From Trueperella sp. (GTDB taxonomy: Bacteria; Actinomycetota; Actinomycetes; Actinomycetales; Actinomycetaceae), in NCBI GenBank assembly GCA_043426715.1, contig JBHWRK010000003.1, forward strand, positions 1 to 32,164: DNA of 32,164 nt, given 5' to 3'. A program made the position numbers and the translations under genes. This document shows, piece after piece, positions 25,903-32,164 of the stretch (the stretch's first letter is position 1; every line of letters begins with the position of its first letter). The notes beneath the pieces are model-generated. The model worked only from the letters and a program-made list of their open reading frames with translations. It was not told the DNA's origin and did no database searches.

Positions 25903-27432
25903 ATGTCTTTACGTCGCCGACTCATCCTTATCGTCATCGCGCTTTCCGCGGTGGTTATTGCAGCCTCCGGAGCAGTCTCGCATCTCGGGCTACGGGGCGA
26001 GTTGCTGGCCCAGGTAGAGGCAAACCTGCATCAAACTCAAGACGTGCTCGCTGGCCGCACAGGCCAGGGGCCCGGACAAGGGCAAGGACCAGGGCAAGTT
26101 CAAGGCGGTCGGGGGCAGGGCCAAGGTCAGACCGATCGATCGGAGGATCGGCCGAATCAAGCGGATCGGCCCTCTTTGCCAGATCGATCAGTGTTGGATC
26201 GGCCCGGTCTAGCCCCCGGGACCATCGCCTACATATCTGATGGTGCGAACGTTGAAGGCGGCATGGTCAATGGCAGGTTTGACATCGAGCCGCTGACGGA
26301 CCGGCAGTTTGAACAACTGCTCGGCGTCAGGCCCGACGCGGATGTTCACGAGATCGACATTGATGGGCTCGGAGCCTACCTGGTGGTGTCGGAGCAGACG
26401 CCACAACGGCTATCGATCACCGGTCTCCCACTCGAGCAGGTCAACGCGACGCTCAGGGATAACATTGTGCGCCAGTCGGTGATTGCGCTCAGCGGGCTTG
26501 CTGTGATCGCCGCTGTTGGAGCACTGGCCATTCGGCGCGAGCTACGCCCGCTCGGCGTTGTTGTAGACGTGGCGAACGACGTAACCCGCACGCCCTTAGA
26601 TTCGGGCGCGGTTGCTATTAGCCGCCGATCTCCGATTGCAGACCCACACACGGAAGTTGGTCAAGTCGGGGCGGCGCTGAACACGATGCTAGACCACATC
26701 GAGGAAGCTTTGGCCGCCCGCGAGGACTCTGAAAAGCGCGCGCGAACATTCCTCGCAGATGCGTCCCACGAACTGCGAACGCCACTCACCTCTGTCGCGG
26801 GCTACACGGAGCTGCTTCAAACCCGCGATCTTGACTCCGCCGACCAGGAGGTCGCACTCGAGCGCATCGCCGCAGAATCCACTCGAATGTCGAACCTGGT
26901 GGAGGACATGCTCCTACTCGCCCGCCTCGACTCGGGTCGGCCGCTCAACACGGAGCCCGTGGCCTTACCGATAATTGCCACCGAGGCGCTCATGGACGCT
27001 CAGGCCCTCGCACCAGACCACGCGTGGAGTCTCGACCTGCCTGAGGAATCAGATTCCGATTTCACAGTAATTGGCGACGAGGCGCGCCTGCGGCAGGTGC
27101 TCGCTAACCTGCTGACCAACGCTCGGCTCCACACTCCACCCGGAACAAACGTGACGGTGAGGTTCGAAGAGGCCGGCACGCGCTCGGCTGGTGATCGCCG
27201 TGTCATCATGACTGTCGACGACGATGGGCCTGGCATCCCCGCTCATCAGCTCGGTCATGTTTTCGACCGCTTCGCCCGCGGGGACGCCTCACGCCGACGC
27301 GATTCGGGAACATCAGGCCTTGGCTTGCCAATCGTGGCAGCGATCGTTGAGGCTCTCGATGGAGGCATAGAAATAGCGGCGGATAACGGCACGATCATTA
27401 CCGTGTCGCTACCCTCCGCTGACTCTCCCTGA
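25903..27432 (+). CDS. Sensor histidine kinase (2 TM, HAMP, HisKA, HATPase; TcrY/TrcS-like)
   Basis: MSLRRRL followed by TM1, TM2, HAMP (TEVGQVGAALNTML), FLADASHELRTPL, QVLANLLTNA, DDGPG, GTSGLGL. The start is 2 nt after the regulator stop. Confidence 0.95.
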   Translation: MSLRRRLILIVIALSAVVIAASGAVSHLGLRGELLAQVEANLHQTQDVLAGRTGQGPGQGQGPGQVQGGRGQGQGQTDRSEDRPNQADRPSLPDRSVLDRPGLAPGTIAYISDGANVEGGMVNGRFDIEPLTDRQFEQLLGVRPDADVHEIDIDGLGAYLVVSEQTPQRLSITGLPLEQVNATLRDNIVRQSVIALSGLAVIAAVGALAIRRELRPLGVVVDVANDVTRTPLDSGAVAISRRSPIADPHTEVGQVGAALNTMLDHIEEALAAREDSEKRARTFLADASHELRTPLTSVAGYTELLQTRDLDSADQEVALERIAAESTRMSNLVEDMLLLARLDSGRPLNTEPVALPIIATEALMDAQALAPDHAWSLDLPEESDSDFTVIGDEARLRQVLANLLTNARLHTPPGTNVTVRFEEAGTRSAGDRRVIMTVDDDGPGIPAHQLGHVFDRFARGDASRRRDSGTSGLGLPIVAAIVEALDGGIEIAADNGTIITVSLPSADSP

Positions 27433-27487
27433 GTGCAGGCCTCATCGAGGAAACTAGGAGGTGGCGCCCCTGAGGAGTTCAATGTGA

Positions 27488-28075
27488 CTAGTTGGTGCGC
27501 TGGCATTCGCCGGTCTCCGAACGCGGACCGGTTCCATCCTGCTTGCCAAGTCCCCGGCCATCAGCTTCACCCTTGCCGGCTCCTGCTCCTTGCCCAGCTC
27601 TTGCTCCTTGGCCCGTGCCGTCTTGAACACGGACACCCGCGCCGGATCCGTCGCCATTGCCTCCACCGGCGCTCTGGCCCTGGCCCCTGCCGATTCCCAC
27701 GGCAAGGCCGATCTTGGCACCCGAGCAATTACGAAGACGCTCGCCTGCTTGTGCACGCGGGCCGGTGCCGTCTTCATAGCTGAGCCCAAAGCGGGCTCCA
27801 ACTTGGGCACCGCGCGCGAACCCGCCACGCGAACCCGCCGCGTCACGACCCGAACCGTCCCTGAGCTCCTGCGGGATTCCGGTGCCGTCCATCTTTCCGC
27901 GACCAGCTCCGGTACCTGTGCCGTCACAGTCCTCAGGACGTTCGATGTCACCTTCAGTCACGACTTGTGCCTCGTCGCCCTGGGCCGGCGCATCCGCGTA
28001 AACCGCCGGAGTCCAGGCTCCGAGCGCAAACACCAAAGCTGCTGCACTTGCTTTCATTGCCATTGTCTTCTTCAC
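27488..28075 (-). CDS. Secreted glycine-rich protein with repeated DG[T/S/R]G motifs, function unknown
   Basis: Signal peptide (MKK...AAALVFALGAWTPAVYA|D), GAGAGGA RBS before GTG 28075, eight DGxG motifs, three Cys. Confidence 0.75.
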   Translation of the reverse strand: MKKTMAMKASAAALVFALGAWTPAVYADAPAQGDEAQVVTEGDIERPEDCDGTGTGAGRGKMDGTGIPQELRDGSGRDAAGSRGGFARGAQVGARFGLSYEDGTGPRAQAGERLRNCSGAKIGLAVGIGRGQGQSAGGGNGDGSGAGVRVQDGTGQGARAGQGAGAGKGEADGRGLGKQDGTGPRSETGECQRTN

Positions 28076-28143
28076 AATCTTTCCTCTCGCTTATGCAGGG
28101 GAGGTGAGTTCCCCTTACTAATAACTAGTAAAGGACATGAAGA

Positions 28144-28187
28144 TATGAGCAGCTCATGGCGAACTTAAGAGTTTCCTGTGAGTTTCC
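28144..28187 (-). promoter_or_regulatory. 11-bp-phased direct repeats, candidate OmpR-family regulator binding site
   Basis: GAGTTTCC at 28169 and 28180, with degenerate copies in phase (TATGAG 28144, CATGGC 28155, TAAGAG 28166, TGTGAG 28177). The minus strand reads TCACAGG-n4-TCTTAAG. Confidence 0.55.
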
Positions 28188-28578
28188 CGCGCACGTAGCC
28201 CTAGTGCATCAACGGCGGATGTTCGCGGCAAAGACCCAACATCCGCCACGTCTGCCAGCGCTCCTTGTCCCCGAGCCTTTTGGGAATCGCCTTTCGACCA
28301 ATTACCACGACGAGCGCTGATTACTACGGCGTTATTGAATGACGACCCTGCCCGTTTACCGTCCGTTTGCAGAGACACGTTTACAGACACAAATGCGTCG
28401 CCCAACTCGATTTTGAACCGAGTTTTGCCATAGCTTTACTGCACACGCGCATCCATGATCGAGCACTCCTGCACCGATTCCCGTCAATGTGAAAATTTCT
28501 CGCCACGTAGTCCTGCTTTTGGCAATTCGCCAAACTTCGTCCCTGACGAATTTGACGGACATGGCACAATAGTCAGCG

Positions 28579-31500
28579 ATGACAAGCGGAAAACCTTCCC
28601 AGAACTTCGAGCCAGATCCGAGGCAGGATCGAATGTCACGCCCGAAATCGGGCGATAAGCGACAGAGTTCCGGCAAGACTTCTCAGGATTCTGGACGAGG
28701 CCGCCAACGGCAAGATTCCGAAAAAGATCGCCCAGAAGGCACGGGCCAGGGACGCCGCAGGAACTCCCGGCGCCAACAGAACCGCGATCAAAGGACTGGC
28801 CGCCCTCGTGGACGGCGCGGTCGGCAGAACCGGAACCAACGCGGCCCCCGCCCGTATACGCAGCAGGAGCTCGAAGCGCGCCGCAAAGCACTCCCGACGA
28901 TCACCTATCCGGCTGAACTTCCCGTCTCCGCCCGGCGCGAGGACATTGCGGACGCGATCCGCGATAACCAGGTTGTCATCGTCGCTGGCGAGACCGGTTC
29001 AGGCAAAACGACTCAGCTCCCAAAGATCTGTCTCGAACTTGGCCGCGGCATCACAGGAATGATCGGGCATACTCAGCCCCGCCGTCTTGCCGCGCGCTCC
29101 GTGGCCGACCGTATCTCGGAGGAACTCGGCGTCGAATTGGGCGATGCCATTGGCTATCAGGTCCGCTTCACTGAACAGGTCTCGAGCACCACACTCGTCA
29201 AACTGATGACCGATGGCATCCTACTTGCCGAAACCCAGTCGGATCCGGAGCTTCGCAAGTACGACACGATCATCATCGACGAGGCCCACGAACGCTCCCT
29301 CAACATCGATTTTCTCCTTGGCTACCTCGCGCAACTCCTGCCAAAGCGTCCCGACCTCAAGGTCATCATCACGTCCGCAACGATCGATTCCCAGCGCTTC
29401 GCCGAGCACTTCGGAGAACACATGTACGGCGGGTTCCCGGGCAACGAGGCGCCGATAGTTGAGGTATCTGGTCGCACGTATCCTGTGGAGATCCGCTACC
29501 GCCCGCTGTACGACGACGATTCGGCCAGCTCCCACGCGAAAGATCACGCCGAGAGCCCGGAGCGTCTTTCGAGGACCGAAGCCCAGGACCAAGTCTCCGG
29601 AATCATCGACGCTGCTGATGAACTGATGGCTGAGGGGCCGGGTGACATCCTCGTGTTCCTCTCCGGTGAGGGCGAGATTAGAGATACCGAGAAGGCCTTT
29701 GAAGAGGAGCTCGGAAACCGCTACGTACCTCCGGACGGCCACTCGTCAGTACCGAACGCCGTGGAAATCTTGCCGCTCTTCGCCCGCCTATCTGGCCACG
29801 AGCAGCGCCGCATCTTTAAACGCAGTAATTACCGCCGAATCATACTGGCCACGAATATTGCTGAGACGTCCCTGACTGTTCCCGGAATCCGCTACGTGAT
29901 AGACCCGGGCACGGCCCGAATTTCTCGTTTTTCGAACAAGACGAAGGTGCAGCGCCTTCCAATTGAGCCGATTTCCCAGGCGAGTGCTAACCAGCGATCG
30001 GGTCGTTCAGGCCGAGTCGCGGACGGCATCGCTATCCGGCTGTATTCCGAGGAAGACTTCGAGGCACGCCAGGAGTTCACCGAACCAGAAATTCAGCGCA
30101 CCTCTCTCGCATCGGTCATCCTTCAGATGGCATCCATGAATCTTGGCTCCGTCGAAGACTTTCCATTCCTCGACCCGCCCGACATGCGCGCAGTGCGCGC
30201 CGGCATCCAGCTCCTCGAAGAGATTGGAGCACTCGAGCAGATCAGCGCCACGTCGCGAGGAACCGTCATCGGCTCTGGTGGGCACGTGCTCACCGACACG
30301 GGTCGCGCCCTCGCCAAACTCCCCATCGACCCGCGCCTTGGCCGCATGCTCCTCGAAGCCGCAAACAACGGCGCCGCCGCCGAGGTCCTCGTGCTCGTGG
30401 CCGCCATGTCGGTCCAAGACGTCCGCGAGCGCCCGGCCGAATTTCGCGCTCAAGCCGACCAACTCCACGCTCGCTTCGTCGACCGAACCTCCGACTTTCT
30501 CGCCTACCTCAACCTCTGGCGCTACCTGCGCACACAGCAACGCGAGCTCTCCGGCTCCGCATTTCGACGTATGTGCCGCGCCGAATACCTCAACTGGTTA
30601 CGATTCCGCGAATGGCAGGACGTCGTCGCCCAACTCCGTGAGCTTTCGCGTCCGCTCGGCATCAACCTCAAACCGATCAAGCTCCCGTCGAAGAACCAGC
30701 TCCGCGAAGCCGCCGCAGACGGTAAAGACAACTCGCACAACCAGGACGTCGCCCGCGCGGTCAAGGCGCTCGGCCAGTCCGCCGACACCCCTGCCGCCGA
30801 CGCGATCCACAAGTCGATGCTCGTCGGCCTTCTGTCCAACCTCGGTTCCTGGGATGAGCGCTCAAAGGATTATCTTGGCGCTCGCGGCACACGCTTCGTC
30901 ATCTGGCCGGGCTCTGGGCTTCACCGCCGCAACCCGGATTGGGTCATGGCCGCGGAGCTCGTGGAAACCTCCCGACTCTTCGCCCGCACAGTCGCCCGCA
31001 TCAAGCCCGAATGGGTGGAGGAGGTTGGTGACCACCTCGTCAAACGCCAATATTCCGAGCCGTTCTGGTCCACTCGCCAAGGTGCCGCGATGGCCCACGA
31101 AAAGGTCATGCTATATGGCCTGCCGATCATCGCCGATCGCCGGGTTCTCCTCTCCAAAATCGGCACCGAATCATCCCGCGAACTCGCCCGTGACATGTTC
31201 ATTCGCCACGGTCTTGTCGACGGTCAGTGGCGCCACCACCACGCCTTCGTCAAACACAACAAGCGCGAACTCGAGGAGGCACGCGAGGTCGAGCAACGCC
31301 TGCGCCAGGTGGGGTTAGTTGCCGACGCCGATGCCCAGTTCACGTTCTTCGACGAACGGCTTCCACAGAACATCGTCTCCGGTGGCCACTTCAATTCGTG
31401 GTGGAAGAAGGAGCGCCGAAACAACCCCGAGCTCTTGAATTTCACCCAAGATTTCCTCCTTGGAACAACGACTGTGTCCGACGCGGATTTCCCGACCAAT

Positions 31501-32164
31501 TGGGTCCAAGGCGACATCACCCTGCCGATCGATTACCACTTCTCTCCGGGACAGCACGCCGACGGCCTGACAATCGATGTGCCGGTCACGTTGTTGCCCC
31601 AACTCACTGACGACGGCTTTGATTGGCTCGTGCCCGGCATGCTGGACGAGCTCGTCATCGCCACAATCCGCGCGCTGCCAAAATCCGTGCGCCGCAACCT
31701 CGTACCGGCACCTGATGTAGCCCGCGAGATTTCCGCACTACTTCCAGCGTGGGAGGACGTGGCCAGCGGCCAACCCGGCGCACCTTCCTTCCGCGAAGCA
31801 TTCACGGGTGCGGTTCGCCGTCTCCGCCACATTGATATCGACGAGGACGATTGGGCAGCGGCCGTCCTCCCCCCACATCTCGAGATCACGTTTCGCGTGC
31901 GATCGGAACGAGGCGGCGTGCTTGACGAGGGGCCATCCATTACTGAGCTCCAACGTAGCCTAGCGCCGCAGACTCGATCAGCCGTCGAGTCGGTGGTCAA
32001 GGGCGCCGTTGCCCAAGCGCTCGACGAAGCTCGCGAAGAGTTGCTCCGTTCGGCGAGCGAGCCGTCCGAACCATCGCAGCCTCAGGCGGTCAAGGATGAT
32101 CCCTCGTCAGCGACGGACCTGCAGCAACAAGCGCCCACTCCCATCGCTACCGAACACGGCATCG
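28579..32164 (+). CDS. hrpA: ATP-dependent DEAH-box RNA helicase HrpA, 5' part (runs off the window end)
   Basis: Translated by hand at the motif positions in frame +1: ITYPAELPVS, GETGSGKTTQLPK, HTQPRRLAA, DEAH (29278-29289), ITSAT, LATNIAETSLTVPGI, QRSGRSGR, and later DGLTIDVP. The first ATG after the in-frame stop at 28570 is 28579; 28633 is an alternative start. Confidence 0.96.
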   Translation, partial: MTSGKPSQNFEPDPRQDRMSRPKSGDKRQSSGKTSQDSGRGRQRQDSEKDRPEGTGQGRRRNSRRQQNRDQRTGRPRGRRGRQNRNQRGPRPYTQQELEARRKALPTITYPAELPVSARREDIADAIRDNQVVIVAGETGSGKTTQLPKICLELGRGITGMIGHTQPRRLAARSVADRISEELGVELGDAIGYQVRFTEQVSSTTLVKLMTDGILLAETQSDPELRKYDTIIIDEAHERSLNIDFLLGYLAQLLPKRPDLKVIITSATIDSQRFAEHFGEHMYGGFPGNEAPIVEVSGRTYPVEIRYRPLYDDDSASSHAKDHAESPERLSRTEAQDQVSGIIDAADELMAEGPGDILVFLSGEGEIRDTEKAFEEELGNRYVPPDGHSSVPNAVEILPLFARLSGHEQRRIFKRSNYRRIILATNIAETSLTVPGIRYVIDPGTARISRFSNKTKVQRLPIEPISQASANQRSGRSGRVADGIAIRLYSEEDFEARQEFTEPEIQRTSLASVILQMASMNLGSVEDFPFLDPPDMRAVRAGIQLLEEIGALEQISATSRGTVIGSGGHVLTDTGRALAKLPIDPRLGRMLLEAANNGAAAEVLVLVAAMSVQDVRERPAEFRAQADQLHARFVDRTSDFLAYLNLWRYLRTQQRELSGSAFRRMCRAEYLNWLRFREWQDVVAQLRELSRPLGINLKPIKLPSKNQLREAAADGKDNSHNQDVARAVKALGQSADTPAADAIHKSMLVGLLSNLGSWDERSKDYLGARGTRFVIWPGSGLHRRNPDWVMAAELVETSRLFARTVARIKPEWVEEVGDHLVKRQYSEPFWSTRQGAAMAHEKVMLYGLPIIADRRVLLSKIGTESSRELARDMFIRHGLVDGQWRHHHAFVKHNKRELEEAREVEQRLRQVGLVADADAQFTFFDERLPQNIVSGGHFNSWWKKERRNNPELLNFTQDFLLGTTTVSDADFPTNWVQGDITLPIDYHFSPGQHADGLTIDVPVTLLPQLTDDGFDWLVPGMLDELVIATIRALPKSVRRNLVPAPDVAREISALLPAWEDVASGQPGAPSFREAFTGAVRRLRHIDIDEDDWAAAVLPPHLEITFRVRSERGGVLDEGPSITELQRSLAPQTRSAVESVVKGAVAQALDEAREELLRSASEPSEPSQPQAVKDDPSSATDLQQQAPTPIATEHGI

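Noticed and set aside
30143..31318. 391-aa + strand ORF
   Set aside because: It is an alternative frame inside hrpA, with the Ser/Pro/Thr/Arg-rich composition typical of an off-frame read.
1..32164. CRISPR array, prophage, IS element or anti-phage defence island
   Set aside because: I saw no regularly spaced repeats, integrase, transposase, terminal inverted repeats, phage genes or low-GC island.

Overview
This window is chromosomal DNA from a high-GC actinobacterium. The gene content and promoter style suggest Actinomycetaceae (Trueperella/Arcanobacterium-like), which is an inference. It is gene-dense, with about 26 CDS. I saw no rRNA, tRNA, CRISPR array, integrase or transposase. Left to right it holds: a TetR regulator divergent from ald; an App1-type phosphatase; an ADP-ribosylglycohydrolase; a small YtxH-like protein; a membrane EEP-family protein; a hexuronate/mannonate catabolic operon (uxuB-uxuA-eda-kdgK) with a divergent IclR regulator; an ABC exporter; an orphan DeoK-like sugar kinase; an OatA-like acyltransferase; class III ribonucleotide reductase nrdD-nrdG with tandem NrdR boxes; a NarL-type two-component system whose kinase has no sensor or transmembrane region, divergent from a LolD/FtsX-type ABC transporter; PfpI; YchJ; a TcrX/TcrY-like two-component system converging on a secreted DG[T/S]G-repeat protein with phased upstream repeats; and the 5' part of hrpA, which the ORF track missed because it runs off the window. 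Most of the content is ordinary housekeeping or metabolism. The best candidates for uncharacterised biology are the sensorless kinase/ABC module, the two-component system plus DGTG-repeat secreted protein, and the orphan DeoK-like kinase. All family assignments come from motif recognition and recall, not from database searches.
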